This document shows, one piece after another, positions 38,313 to 49,147 of a DNA stretch of 64,000 nucleotides; position 1 is the stretch's first letter, and each line of letters starts with the position of its first letter. The DNA lies in IMG/VR virus record IMGVR_UViG_3300002597_000001, positions 32,001 to 96,000 of that record. One strand, given 5' to 3'. The position numbers were made by a program, and so were the translations under genes. The notes beneath the pieces are model-generated. The model saw nothing but the letters and a program-made list of their open reading frames with translations. It made no database searches and had not been told where the DNA came from. This stretch comes from a virus (taxonomy: Duplodnaviria > Caudoviricetes).

Positions 38313-39633
38313 TTATTTCACACCGCCGTCATACTCGGCAAAGCCGGTCTTGTAGGTCGATGTCGTGCCGTCCACCTTATACTTCACAAGGTATCTGCCG
38401 TTCACAATCGCCAGACATTCACACTGCTCCCACGGGTTGAGAGATCCAGTCTTCAGTTTGAGTGTGGTATCGGCAAAAATCGGCTCTTCGGTGGAACCGT
38501 TCTTGTAGGTTTTTGCCACGTTGAACTCCTCCTTTTCTTCAGTAGTTGCAGGAGTAGTCTCCTGTTCGGGCTTAGTCTCAGCCTGGGTCTCGGCCACCTC
38601 ACCGGACGAACTGGTCACATGGCCATCAGAATCCGCCGTATAGGTTACGCCGTTATACGTCCAAGTTGTATCAGTGACGACGTATCCCTCGGCGTCGAAG
38701 TAATACCAGTATCCACCGATTACCTTCCACTCGCTCTTGGGCCACGAGCCATCCGTGTATCTGTACCACCACTTACCATTGGACTTCTGCCATCCCTCGG
38801 TATACGCCTGATCCAGATACGCCCAGTCGGGGTGCCCGTAACCGTGGATGCGGCTGTAGCTTCTAGAATATTTGCGCCGAAAAACACCGCCACCATTGCT
38901 GATAATGGTTTCCGAAGATGTTGAGCTCGTGTTGCCCTCAATGGTATAGACATAGGTGCTGTCATAGCCGATCACCATGCCAGTATGACTCGGATCGCCA
39001 TAGCTGTCGGAGAAGAAGATCTGGGCACCGATCTCCGGGTTCTTGTCATACTTCCCAGCCGCCTGATAATATCTCACGGCATAAATACATCCCGCCGCAA
39101 GAGACTTGGACGGGAGGTAGAGTGCCTTCTGTGTGCGTTCTGCGCCGAAGCACCGGACGAACACATCAAGGTAGTAGCTTGTACACCATTCATCATTCTG
39201 TTGCTTGTTGACCGCCAATGCGGCGGCGGATAGGTCTCTCGGCCTATCTCTGCGGTTTCATGATTAGGTTATAGCCGCAGTTCAGATCATACCTTCACCC
39301 CTGTCCGGGGGCCAACATACGCCCATAGTTACCTATGTGGCTGTGATCGTTACGGGATCTCTTGCGAGTCTTACCCACGGGGTTGTCCACCTCTGGAGTT
39401 TCCCCGTTTTGAGTTGGTTTCTTCCGCTTATCACTAAGCGGTGGGGCATAAATTCACCCATTTTTGTTGCCGTTCAGCAGATTCGGGGCATTTTCGAACA
39501 GATGCTGTGCAAAGATGGTGTAGTTGTTTCTGCCTGCGTTGCCTGTAAAACTGTCGAGTTGTGAGTTGGTGGCTTTCTCGAGGTAGCCCTCCCACTTCTC
39601 GGCCTCTTCAACAGCTCTTTGTTGTGCTCCCAT
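38313..39633 (-). CDS. CHAP amidase endolysin, spliced (exons 39633-39456 and 39193-38313; 352 aa)
   Basis: GYLEKA..NNYT..NGNKNG|YEWC (catalytic Cys), HTG, TIEGN; binding repeats. Confidence 0.9.
39194..39455 (-). mobile_element. ORF-less group I intron (262 nt) in CHAP endolysin
   Basis: GGGT/GCCC P1, P AAAACGGGGAAAC, Q AACCCCGTGG, P7 GATCA/TGATC, S AAGGTATGATCT, terminal G. Confidence 0.9.
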
Positions 39634-39667
39634 AGCATCGCCTCCTTGTTTTATCTCAAATGCTGTA

Positions 39668-39919
39668 TTATTCTTTCGGCAGCGACTTGAGCTCCGCCAT
39701 CACTTCGTCGGCATGAAGCGCCGCCTGAGTGAAGGAGTTGTTCTTCCACCACGCCCATGTGGATGCCACAAGGGTGAAGATCGTGGAAACCAGTTCCGCC
39801 ACGGTCTCGTTCTCGAAGGGGAGAGGGGAGTGCCCGGTCGCTACAAGGATCTGGTTGACCAGAGCCAGGGCAAGAATGATAGTGCGGATAATAGTTTCGG
39901 GTTTTACTTTCATGTTCAT
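39668..39919 (-). CDS. SPP1-family holin
   Basis: TIIRTIILALALVNQIL..SPLPF..WAWWKNNSFT. Confidence 0.9.
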   Translation of the reverse strand: MNMKVKPETIIRTIILALALVNQILVATGHSPLPFENETVAELVSTIFTLVASTWAWWKNNSFTQAALHADEVMAELKSLPKE

Positions 39920-39987
39920 ATAAATCACCTCATAAAAACAAAAAATCCACGGACAATCCGTGGTTTGTGTCAATTGTTTAATTGTCA

Positions 39988-42108
39988 TTATCCAAGCAAC
40001 GGACTGTCAGATGAGCCACTTGTAATCTGTGTGACCGTGAGGAATGTGTTATTGGCCAGTGTGCTTTCGATAGCGCTAATGCGACTTCCAAGTGCAGTAT
40101 TTACACTGGAGATCTGGGCAGACAGGTCTTCTATGATATCAATTAGATAATCATTGTACGCAATAAACCGTTTCTTAAAGGAGTCTTGTGCAATGATGTT
40201 AGATCCGTCATATGACAGAATCTCTTCTTGTGCGATTGTCTGAATATACAGATCGATGTCACCAATATCATCCACAAGCTGATCAAGATTTGTTTTGTCC
40301 GTAGAACTCATAAACCCGTTTGCACTCGAGGTTGCCGCAGAGTGGGTGTGACTGCTAGACGCAGCGCCAACATCAGAATATGTTAAACCATCTGCATAAC
40401 TCTTTGCTGATGCCAAAGCATCACTTACTGCTTTAGGGGTAGCAGCAGTACCTCCGCTCGCCGCCGCTGTAGTCGCAGTTGTGGAATCAGACAATTTGAC
40501 ATGCCCATAATTAGATGATGTTCCTGTCCCATATGTGGTACCCGTAGACGCGTGAGATGTTGGTGCCCTGCTTGTGTCTGTAGGATGCACATGATCTGAT
40601 CTCGCAACGGTTGCCGCAGATCCAGCCGAGCCAGTTCCGTTGGACGCAGGAGTAGTCGTTCCAAATGAAACAGAAATGGTGCCACTTGTGGTGATCGTCC
40701 CGCCAGTTAGTCCATTTCCCGTTGCAACGCTTGTCACCGTACCGGTATTTGCGGTCTTGCTGTTTGCAAGATCATATGCCGCCTTCACTGCCGCAGGTGT
40801 CGCCGCGATACCACCATTGGTAGATGAGGTTGATGATGTAGAGTCAGACAATTTGAGGTGTCCATAATTCGAGGATGTGCCAGTACCGTAGGTGGTCGCA
40901 GAGGAGGCATGGCTTGTCGGCGCACGAGAGGTGTCTGTCGGGTGAACGTGATCGCCACGGGCAAAGGCAAGCTCAGTACCTGCGGTTGCAGTTCCATCCA
41001 TCTTTGGAGATGTAGTGGAAGCGGAGGCACCCTCAGGAATATCGCTCGTTGTAATAAATCCTGAATCATTGGTGAGTTCACTTGTCTTTGTCGGAATATC
41101 GTCTGCATCAGCTTTGGCGTTCCAAGCCGTGCGCTCGGAAGCGGTGATGTGAATAGTGGTATTACCCGTATGAGAAGACAAGTCGTTGGCAGCAGCCCTA
41201 CTCGTATCCGTTGGATGCACATGGTCAGAACGACTTACCGTCGTAGCCGTTCCGACTGCCGCCGTCCCATCCATAACGGGCTTTGTCGTAGTGAATGTCA
41301 CATGAGTACCATGACTAGAAGCGGCGGCCCCGACATCTGAATATGTTAGGCTCACCGCTCCTGTTTTTGAATTAACACTGGTTACCGTATTGACTTGCGC
41401 CCCAGATTCAATTCCCTCCAATTTGCTTTTGAGCGTATCCGTAAAGTCATTTGCGCTGATACCATCCGCATAGCTTTTGGCAGATGTAAGAGCATCGGAA
41501 ACCGCCTTTGGTGTCGCAGCAACTCCGCCGCTGGCAGCGGCACTCGTGCCATCGGTGGCATCTGATAGTTTTACGTGACCATAATTGGACGACGTACCCT
41601 TGCCGTATGTAGTACCGGTCGAGGCGTGACTAGTTGGCGCTCTGCTGGTATCAGTTGGGTGGACATGGTCGCCCCTTGCAAACGCAAGCTCTATACCAGT
41701 CGCGGCAGTTCCATCCATAGCAGGAAGCGTGGTAGAAGCCGCCGCTCCTTCCGGGATATCTCCAGTGGTGATAAACCCAGAATCATTTGTTAATTGGCTA
41801 GTGGCCGTGGGGATTGCATTCCGAATATCGGAGTGGGCAGTCGCACTGGAGTTGTGTGCAGATACAGCAGCGCTTGCCGCCCCGGAAGCATCGGCAGACA
41901 CACTCGATGTCGATCCGTCTGAGCCGGTCAGAGTAATTGTGTCTCCGCTTTGTGCGAGGGTGTACGTAACGGTTTCATCACCAGCGACAAGATACAATTC
42001 ATCTGCGTTGATTTGGCCTCCGCTCACCATGCTTGCGTATACTTCCGGAGAAGCAACCTTGTTGATTACAAGACTAGATAAATCTTGTGAACTAGATTTT
42101 GTTGCCAT
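39988..42108 (-). CDS. tail fibre protein with internal repeats
   Basis: repeated DHVHPTDTSRA, YGHVKLSD, AATPKAV. Confidence 0.8.
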   Translation of the reverse strand: MATKSSSQDLSSLVINKVASPEVYASMVSGGQINADELYLVAGDETVTYTLAQSGDTITLTGSDGSTSSVSADASGAASAAVSAHNSSATAHSDIRNAIPTATSQLTNDSGFITTGDIPEGAAASTTLPAMDGTAATGIELAFARGDHVHPTDTSRAPTSHASTGTTYGKGTSSNYGHVKLSDATDGTSAAASGGVAATPKAVSDALTSAKSYADGISANDFTDTLKSKLEGIESGAQVNTVTSVNSKTGAVSLTYSDVGAAASSHGTHVTFTTTKPVMDGTAAVGTATTVSRSDHVHPTDTSRAAANDLSSHTGNTTIHITASERTAWNAKADADDIPTKTSELTNDSGFITTSDIPEGASASTTSPKMDGTATAGTELAFARGDHVHPTDTSRAPTSHASSATTYGTGTSSNYGHLKLSDSTSSTSSTNGGIAATPAAVKAAYDLANSKTANTGTVTSVATGNGLTGGTITTSGTISVSFGTTTPASNGTGSAGSAATVARSDHVHPTDTSRAPTSHASTGTTYGTGTSSNYGHVKLSDSTTATTAAASGGTAATPKAVSDALASAKSYADGLTYSDVGAASSSHTHSAATSSANGFMSSTDKTNLDQLVDDIGDIDLYIQTIAQEEILSYDGSNIIAQDSFKKRFIAYNDYLIDIIEDLSAQISSVNTALGSRISAIESTLANNTFLTVTQITSGSSDSPLLG

Positions 42109-42115
42109 TTATTAT

Positions 42116-43465
42116 TCACCCCCGAACATAATTGGTATTCTCATCAAAAACGGCTGTCAGGTCGCTTTGTAACACCCAACTGCCACTTATCCTTTTGTAT
42201 ACAGCTGTCGCCGAAGTCCAGCCGCCGTTAGCCTTAAAATAGATCACATCCGACGACCCGCTACTGCCAATGGTGACAGCAATCGTGGCATCTCCGTCAA
42301 CTGTATAGGTGTATGTGTAGTACTCCACACCACTGCTGGGAGTTGAGTAGGTCACATAAACCGTCGCACCGTTGATCGCACCGCCATAGTAGCCCAAACG
42401 GCACTGGAGTTTCATGCTCGCCAGCTGTGCCACAGTCGGTAACGTCTCGCACTCAAGCGTCTGGGTGCTGTTGCTCGTGCCGACGTCCTTGAAGTTCAGT
42501 TCCTCTGTCAGCTCCGCGCTTCCGCTGATCAGCATGGCGCACATATACTCTGACGAGTTGGATGTGGATTCAGCGTGTCCGCTGACCTCGCACCACACCC
42601 GCTCAATTGTGGCGTTAGACGGCACTGTGATGCCCATGTCATATGTGAAGACCGCTATCGTCCCAGACCCGCCAGAGTAGTAGTTCGATGTGGTCTGCGT
42701 TGCGTCACTGCCGTTCCCGACAAGGCCGCTGAAATAGGTTGCACCAGATCCGTTGAAACTGCCCGACACGAGCGTGTATTCGCCCAGATCCGCATCAAGG
42801 GTACCACCGCCAGCATAATGCGCCACGAGGGAACTCGTGATATCCACGCCGTCCTTTGTCGCTGTGACGGTATCGCTCGTGTTCGTTGGCGTGATGGTCA
42901 GGGTGTACTCTGTGTCCTCATAGGTACTGTACGCACCGCTGGGGCTGATTGTACCGTTACCTGTGAGCGTCGATGTGACTGTAGCTGCAACAGGCATCGT
43001 ATAATCGACAAGGATCTCAGCACCGTAGATATAGACATGCGCCGTTGTGTTACGGCTGGACCGCCTACAGTTTATGCGGATACCGACGTCAGAACCGGCA
43101 TTTACCACATCCTCCCACGAATAATTGCAAGTGAATGTATGTGTAGTGACTGTTGACGAGATGGAATCTGAACTACCCATTGATGTACTCGTTCCATCAT
43201 ACAGATACATCGCCTGTGAATAACCGCCACTATAGTTACACTTGACCTTAACAGTAAACGAATTAATTGTTGCGCCACTCGGAATATCATCGAAGTTGAA
43301 CCCTCTGATGTACGCATAGTATGAAGTTGTCGATGTCCTTGAGTTGGTAATTGTCGCATACGTTGTGCTGTCGGTATTCGCATACATATTGGACGCGTTT
43401 GAAACGGACAGATATGAGCTATTTGACAGATAGTATGTACTCGGTATGAGTCTTATTGTTGCCAT
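42116..43465 (-). CDS. beta-rich virion/adhesin protein
   Basis: Ser/Thr/Tyr-rich, two similar IPSxATI modules. Confidence 0.65.
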   Translation of the reverse strand: MATIRLIPSTYYLSNSSYLSVSNASNMYANTDSTTYATITNSRTSTTSYYAYIRGFNFDDIPSGATINSFTVKVKCNYSGGYSQAMYLYDGTSTSMGSSDSISSTVTTHTFTCNYSWEDVVNAGSDVGIRINCRRSSRNTTAHVYIYGAEILVDYTMPVAATVTSTLTGNGTISPSGAYSTYEDTEYTLTITPTNTSDTVTATKDGVDITSSLVAHYAGGGTLDADLGEYTLVSGSFNGSGATYFSGLVGNGSDATQTTSNYYSGGSGTIAVFTYDMGITVPSNATIERVWCEVSGHAESTSNSSEYMCAMLISGSAELTEELNFKDVGTSNSTQTLECETLPTVAQLASMKLQCRLGYYGGAINGATVYVTYSTPSSGVEYYTYTYTVDGDATIAVTIGSSGSSDVIYFKANGGWTSATAVYKRISGSWVLQSDLTAVFDENTNYVRG

Positions 43466-45261
43466 CAGCTCACCACCCGTAGATAGATGTCACCATCAGA
43501 TCCCAACGAAGATGACGGTGTAGAAGAGCCAGTATAGTAATGCTGGATCACGACAGTTCCCATTACGCTTGTGATGCGGTCGTCGTCCGCACTGTCGCCA
43601 ATCTTAACAGTCGTACCGCTCAGAATCTTATCCGCGCTCAGGCCGGATACAGTAACGCCCTTGATGGTCTGCGCCCCGGTCAGATACTGCGATGCGCTGA
43701 TCGTTTGGTCCGAAGTAGACGGATAGTAAGTAGCCGCTGCCTTAGTGGTAACACTAGCAGTCAAAGAAACCGATGAGTTTCCCGCCGTGCCCGAACTAAT
43801 ATATCCAGCGGTGGATACGTTTGGTGTGACGCTCACCGTCTTACTAAGAGTTAGCGTGTTTGTTCCCGTGTTTACGGTGGCGCTACTCCCAGAGATAGTA
43901 GATGGCGCAGTGGCAGTGCCAGCAGGGATGGACGCCGAAGCGTAATTGGTAACATCCTGTGTCCCAGAGCCTGTCACGTTCAGCGTACCGCTTACCAGCT
44001 CTGATGCAGATACACTCACGGCTGTTCCCGTTTGTGTGTTACCAGCGATCCAGCCCGTTGTGTTCGTCACACTCGGGGTTATTGAGATGCTGTGGTTACT
44101 CACGGCCCCCTTTGTTGCCGTTGGCGTTCCCTCGATACCACGCCCGACAGACGCATAACAACTTTCTTCATAATATCCAGCCGCCACCAGCACGATTTCA
44201 TCGTCCACGGACAGGTCTGTTCCATCACGCCTGGTAATACCAGAGCCAACATATGTCGAGCTGATTGGAGATACCGTCACAGAGCTAAGACCGTCGTATC
44301 CACTGTCTGGTGTTACAACAACCTCAGACTCAGTTGGGCTTGCGCTTTTTGCTTGTGTGCTGAATGTATCGCCTTCAACATTGACCGTAACGCTGGAAAA
44401 ATAATTGCCAGAAGTTGGCGTATATGTCCCATTAGCAGTGATACTTTTAGTCTCCGTTGGAACGGCAGACACCGTAACCGCACCGGTTGTATACTTTCCC
44501 TGTGCAACCGCGACCTGCGAAGAAGACGATGGGGTTATGGTCGCCGCAGCTTGTCTTGAAACACCAGATCCAACGTAGGTCGAACTGATTGCCCCGACTT
44601 CTACGGAGCTAAGGCCGTCAAATCCAGAATCGGCAACGATGGTCTGGGAGGATTCTGTCGGAGTTGCAGATTTGCTTTGTAGAGAAACAGACCCACCACC
44701 GGTCGGGACATTTACAACGACAGAGTTAAAATAAGAACCGGTTTCTGGTGTATATGTACCATTTGCAGTAATCGTGGTTTCGTCTGCGTTAACAGCCGCC
44801 ACTGTCACATTCCCAGTAGTGAACAACCCGGCCTGTACGGCAGTTTGCGCACTATCTCCTGGCGTCACCGTCTTGGCTGCCTGCGTACCCAATTGGCGTG
44901 TGTTGCTAGACTGAGATGTTGCCACATACCCCGCCGTTTGCGACACAGATGCGGTAATCAGGCCACTTGCGTTTACATTGATCGTTGGATCTGCCAAAGA
45001 TACCGTTGGAATCGATTTGGACGCCGCGTCCGCATAATACCCGGCAGCCGCAGTTACCGTATTGCCAGAGACGGTCATATTTGAATCTGTCCTCGTTGGA
45101 ATGGTACCTGTATATTTCGTACCTTTAGAGTATGATGTATATGGGGACAGCATTTGCGCACCGGATGTCAGGGTAGCATCATCTGTATTGATCCCACCAC
45201 CAGATTCTTGTGTACCCACAATTACTTTCCCAATTTTGTTATTACCAATATATAAACTCAT
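43465..45261 (-). CDS. Ser/Thr-rich repetitive tail fibre-like protein
   Basis: ITANGTYTP and DSGxDGLSSV repeats. Confidence 0.7.
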   Translation of the reverse strand: MSLYIGNNKIGKVIVGTQESGGGINTDDATLTSGAQMLSPYTSYSKGTKYTGTIPTRTDSNMTVSGNTVTAAAGYYADAASKSIPTVSLADPTINVNASGLITASVSQTAGYVATSQSSNTRQLGTQAAKTVTPGDSAQTAVQAGLFTTGNVTVAAVNADETTITANGTYTPETGSYFNSVVVNVPTGGGSVSLQSKSATPTESSQTIVADSGFDGLSSVEVGAISSTYVGSGVSRQAAATITPSSSSQVAVAQGKYTTGAVTVSAVPTETKSITANGTYTPTSGNYFSSVTVNVEGDTFSTQAKSASPTESEVVVTPDSGYDGLSSVTVSPISSTYVGSGITRRDGTDLSVDDEIVLVAAGYYEESCYASVGRGIEGTPTATKGAVSNHSISITPSVTNTTGWIAGNTQTGTAVSVSASELVSGTLNVTGSGTQDVTNYASASIPAGTATAPSTISGSSATVNTGTNTLTLSKTVSVTPNVSTAGYISSGTAGNSSVSLTASVTTKAAATYYPSTSDQTISASQYLTGAQTIKGVTVSGLSADKILSGTTVKIGDSADDDRITSVMGTVVIQHYYTGSSTPSSSLGSDGDIYLRVVS

Positions 45262-45271
45262 CCCGATCACC

Positions 45272-45529
45272 TCATGATGCTATCCAGGTGTTAAGCGTCA
45301 CAGTGGTGCCGGGGTCAGGCAGATTCGAGATTAAATTTCGCAAAGGCTCGTCGGTGAATGGCAACTGCGTGTAAGTTTTTACACCGTCGCCCACCTTGAA
45401 CCGGAGCGTTCCATCTGCGGTATCTACCAGAATGATCTCGCCATCCAGCAATACAGGGTTGTTTGTCGTCCAGTTAGAACTTGAGTCCCGCTTATGCCGA
45501 ACGCGAGTATTGAATGTCTTTGTCGCCAT
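45272..45529 (-). CDS. Mtd/hyaluronidase N-terminal-like domain protein
   Basis: NWTTNNPVLLDGE..KVGDG..LPF. Confidence 0.75.
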   Translation of the reverse strand: MATKTFNTRVRHKRDSSSNWTTNNPVLLDGEIILVDTADGTLRFKVGDGVKTYTQLPFTDEPLRNLISNLPDPGTTVTLNTWIAS

Positions 45530-45592
45530 TCATCCAACCTCCCTTGAGATACAACAATACCCGTCCGAAGACGGATATAAGATCAGGATATA

Positions 45593-45618
45593 GTGGGGGG
45601 GGGTACCCCTCCCCCCAC
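45593..45618. terminator. G/C hairpin
   Basis: GTGGGGGGGGG-TA-CCCCTCCCCCCAC intergenic stem. Confidence 0.45.
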
Positions 45619-45622
45619 AACA

Positions 45623-47005
45623 TTACACCAGTGCGCTCGAAGAGCCGCAGTAAAATACCATTACGTCGCCACTAGTCTGCACAAGATCGTTGACGTTGCC
45701 AGTCTTCGCAATGGCCGCGAGCTGCACCTCAGTCTTTGCGGTCAGTATACCGTCAGTCTGAGTGACCCCGGTGAGCACAGAATACTGATTGCCGGAAGCC
45801 GCCGTAGCGGTAACAGAGCTGTCCAAGGCAGCAACGGCAGAAGATGCCGCTCCCGCCGCTTCGAAGTCCGTCGTGTCCGCATACGCCGCAGAACCCAGAC
45901 CATACACGGACACTGGGGTGCCGTCCACCTTGATGGTGCCGTTGGTGGTGCCCGTGGTCACAGACTGCACAGCCGTATCGGCCTTGCCAATGGAAGTCTG
46001 CACAGAAGAGGCCAGCTTACCAAGAGCAATGCTACCAGTCTTAATGGTGGCGCTGATCTGATGGGAAGCGGACTCGGTCAAGTCGATTTCGTCTGTGTCC
46101 GCCACGGAGTTATACTCAATCAGATCAGCTACGTTGATGTAAATGGGATTGCCATTGTCAATGGTCAGCTCAATGAACGTACCGGGATTGCCAGAGCCGT
46201 CCTGATTCACAATTTGGCCGGACACAGCCACAAGATCCTTCGGGATATCAATTGTGCCAATGTTCGAGCCGTTCTGACTCAGCGTGTACCGCTTGAGCAG
46301 GGAAGTGTCTGACGGGCTGGAATCTGTAGTCATGGTCACAGCGCCAGCAGAATCGAGAGCGGTGGCAATCTCGGCCAGAGCACCCTCTACCGTAGTCGCA
46401 GTAAATTTATTGCCTGTGTCAGCAATGGACACGTCAGAAGCCGCACCGGATGTAGCCACATCAGACAGTCCAATATTTGTAATCGCATTAGAGATCTGTG
46501 TTGCGACAGACGTGCTCCCAACCAATGTCTCCAAAGCAGATACGCGGCCAGCCAGAGCGGTGTCATCATAGCTGTCGTCTGGTGTCGTGATGGTGGCATC
46601 CGTTGTCCACCCGGAGTCACCGACATTTCTGTGCTGAACATAGAGGATATGTCCGTCTGTGCCATCCTGCACGATCTGATAGGTTGTATTGGTGTCCTGA
46701 ATCTCGCCGGAGATATAATCATCAAGCCCGGTGATCTCAGTGGCGGCATATGTAGGCTTTGTTTCAGCCTTCGCCCACGAGTACACATCTGCGGCCTTGC
46801 CGGACGCAAATGGGAGTTCTGTGTAAGTATGTGTACCATCGCCGACCTTGATGACTACGGTCGGAGCAGACTGCACACCGGTGGTGTTGGCCTGGATCGT
46901 AGCCAGAGCCATTTCGCCCGCTTTTAAAACGGGGTTGTTTGTATTCCAGTTCGCATATGTATCATATTTGAGCTGGATTCTCGTATTAAAAGTTTTCTCA
47001 GCCAT
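45623..47005 (-). CDS. tail fibre protein with Mtd-N-like domain
   Basis: NWNTNNPVLKAGE..KVGDG..LPF. Confidence 0.75.
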   Translation of the reverse strand: MAEKTFNTRIQLKYDTYANWNTNNPVLKAGEMALATIQANTTGVQSAPTVVIKVGDGTHTYTELPFASGKAADVYSWAKAETKPTYAATEITGLDDYISGEIQDTNTTYQIVQDGTDGHILYVQHRNVGDSGWTTDATITTPDDSYDDTALAGRVSALETLVGSTSVATQISNAITNIGLSDVATSGAASDVSIADTGNKFTATTVEGALAEIATALDSAGAVTMTTDSSPSDTSLLKRYTLSQNGSNIGTIDIPKDLVAVSGQIVNQDGSGNPGTFIELTIDNGNPIYINVADLIEYNSVADTDEIDLTESASHQISATIKTGSIALGKLASSVQTSIGKADTAVQSVTTGTTNGTIKVDGTPVSVYGLGSAAYADTTDFEAAGAASSAVAALDSSVTATAASGNQYSVLTGVTQTDGILTAKTEVQLAAIAKTGNVNDLVQTSGDVMVFYCGSSSALV

Positions 47006-47021
47006 ACTCAATTCACCTCAC

Positions 47022-47555
47022 TTAATATTCGCTGTCGCCGCCGCACATCACGATATCTGTGTCGGCGTCTTGGTATAATTTGCTGATATTCAAACTGTTA
47101 ACGGTCATTGCTCCATTTGCGCCAACCAAAATCCCATCATCCGCAAGTGACGACAACACAAGCCCCGGGTTTGATAGTGTGGCAACGCCGATCCCGGCGA
47201 TGCTTTCATCAATAAGAGCCTGTATGCCATCAACTTTGGCTACCGGTACTCTATTGAGCTCGAGGATTTGTTCTCCAGAGATAACAAACTCATCGGAGAC
47301 TCCCGTAATCAGAGCGCCACCAATCGCTTCTGCAATGGCCTTAGCAACAGCGTCCGATGATACAGGCCCGCCGTTGCCGTCTTCAACCACGTTAGTTGGC
47401 ACAACTGAAATTGTGTTGTTTACAATACTAATGTAATCACCCGCAATATAGCTGCCTTCTTTGATTACACCTTCTGCAATATTAACATCAAGGGACTGAC
47501 CGTTTTCTATGTCTACATCCACCTCTTGTGGAGAGAGCAATTCGATCTCAATCAT
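47022..47555 (-). CDS. tail-associated hypothetical protein
   Basis: ORF coupled in tail operon. Confidence 0.65.
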   Translation of the reverse strand: MIEIELLSPQEVDVDIENGQSLDVNIAEGVIKEGSYIAGDYISIVNNTISVVPTNVVEDGNGGPVSSDAVAKAIAEAIGGALITGVSDEFVISGEQILELNRVPVAKVDGIQALIDESIAGIGVATLSNPGLVLSSLADDGILVGANGAMTVNSLNISKLYQDADTDIVMCGGDSEY

Positions 47556-47901
47556 CAGTCTCTCCCTCCTCAAACAGGGTGCGTCCTATCTGGAATGAAA
47601 CGATAGGTGTCTTAGGATTAACCCACGAATCAATGAGATGGACCTTCGTATCCATGAGAACATCGTGATTCTTGTGGAATTTCCAAGTGTCAGCCTCAGT
47701 CCACACTACATCAACAATATTGTCTGAGTCTGCTCTGCGGGAGGCGGAATCTGACGGGTACGTGAATTTCCAAGTAATGCCGTTCTGTTGCATCTTGAAG
47801 TCAATTGTGGACACATCATCCAGATTGAGACCGTTGAATCTAACGGGCATTAGGTAATTGGTGCCCTGCTTGATGAATGTGGCGCAGTTACAATTTGCCA
47901 T
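47548..47901 (-). CDS. tail-associated hypothetical protein (BppU-like candidate)
   Basis: IKQGTN..WTEADT; position in tail operon. Confidence 0.55.
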   Translation of the reverse strand: MANCNCATFIKQGTNYLMPVRFNGLNLDDVSTIDFKMQQNGITWKFTYPSDSASRRADSDNIVDVVWTEADTWKFHKNHDVLMDTKVHLIDSWVNPKTPIVSFQIGRTLFEEGETDD

Positions 47902-47967
47902 TGCCTCACCCCATTTCCTTGTAGAATATTATTAATGTTAAAAAACACAGTAGAAAGGATTGTAAAA

Positions 47968-48948
47968 ATGGATATTGTTAATCGTATAATTTTAGCTATG
48001 CAAGATGACCTGACCACAGAACAGCTTCAGAAGCTATCTATGGTGATTAGAATACAACTTGCAAAAGAAGAACCGGAGACAGAGAGCCTTGTACCATGTC
48101 AGGATGGGTGGGCTTCTGCTCTAAAATTGTTTCTCGCCACCAAGAAACTGTCCAACTGCGCTGACTCAACCATACAGCAGTATGAAAGAGCGCTGCGTAT
48201 GATGTTTGTAGAACTAAACAAACCACTTCAAAGCATCACAACCAATGATTTGAGGTATTACATGGCTCTGTATCAGGAACGCCGGAAGGTGTCCATGGGT
48301 TATATGAACACCATCAGGCTGTATTTCAGTTCCTTCTTTGGCTGGTGTAATGCCGAGGGGCTGATCCAGACGAATCCCGCCGCCAGACTAGACAAAATCA
48401 AAACGCCCCAGGTAATCAAGCACCCGTTCTCATCTGAAGAATTGGCAAAGATTCGAGACGCATGCAACACGTTCCGTGACCGCGCCCTAGTGGAAGTCCT
48501 GTATGCAACGGGATGCCGCGTTGGTGAACTCTGCTCCATCAATCTGAATGATGTAGATTTCCGCAGTCGCGAAATCATTGTATGGGGACAGAAAGGCAAA
48601 GCAGAACGCCGAGTGTATCTCACAGACGTTGCGATATACCATCTGAGGAAGTACATCTTGTCACGAGACGATGAAGAAGAACCTCTGTTTGTATCGCTGA
48701 GGGCTCCTCATCGCCGCATGACAAAGGAATCAGTAGAGGCCGTGCTCAAAAAGATTGGAGCAGCCACAAACATTCACTGTCACCCGCATAAGTTTAGACG
48801 TACTATTTTGACAGATGCCGCCAAGAGGGGAATGCCGATTCAGGAAATCCAGCGGATGGCTGGACATAAGAAAATCGACACCACAATGATGTACGTCTCT
48901 GTGTCTGACGCATCTGTGAAGTCGAGTTATGACCGTTATATCGCTTAA
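47968..48948 (+). CDS. XerD-like tyrosine recombinase, counter-oriented within tail genes
   Basis: ATGCRVGE, KGKAER, HPHKFRRT, GHKKIDTTMMY. Confidence 0.92.
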   Translation: MDIVNRIILAMQDDLTTEQLQKLSMVIRIQLAKEEPETESLVPCQDGWASALKLFLATKKLSNCADSTIQQYERALRMMFVELNKPLQSITTNDLRYYMALYQERRKVSMGYMNTIRLYFSSFFGWCNAEGLIQTNPAARLDKIKTPQVIKHPFSSEELAKIRDACNTFRDRALVEVLYATGCRVGELCSINLNDVDFRSREIIVWGQKGKAERRVYLTDVAIYHLRKYILSRDDEEEPLFVSLRAPHRRMTKESVEAVLKKIGAATNIHCHPHKFRRTILTDAAKRGMPIQEIQRMAGHKKIDTTMMYVSVSDASVKSSYDRYIA

Positions 48949-49136
48949 ACTTTATATTTTTTTGAGCTTTTCAATTCAGCTAAATGGTCATTTACGTCAT
49001 CAATCTGAGTGACAATTTCGAGCGCAACGAGCAAGGCAGATTTCCATCCTCTAATGTATTCCGCATCTTCGGACGTAGCCTTATCAGCACCTCGCAAATA
49101 CGCTTCGATTTCTTCTATTGCTTCTTGCTTAACCAT
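48945..49136 (-). CDS. hypothetical protein
   Basis: 63-aa ORF. Confidence 0.5.
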   Translation of the reverse strand: MVKQEAIEEIEAYLRGADKATSEDAEYIRGWKSALLVALEIVTQIDDVNDHLAELKSSKKYKV

Positions 49137-49147
49137 TGGTAGATCAG

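Noticed and set aside
37067-38924. Long + strand ORFs opposite the lysins, and similar antisense ORFs throughout
   Set aside because: Shadow frames of genuine genes with no RBS or recognisable motifs
45272-47005. Diversity-generating retroelement suggested by Mtd-N-like domains
   Set aside because: No reverse transcriptase and no template/variable repeat pair seen in the window
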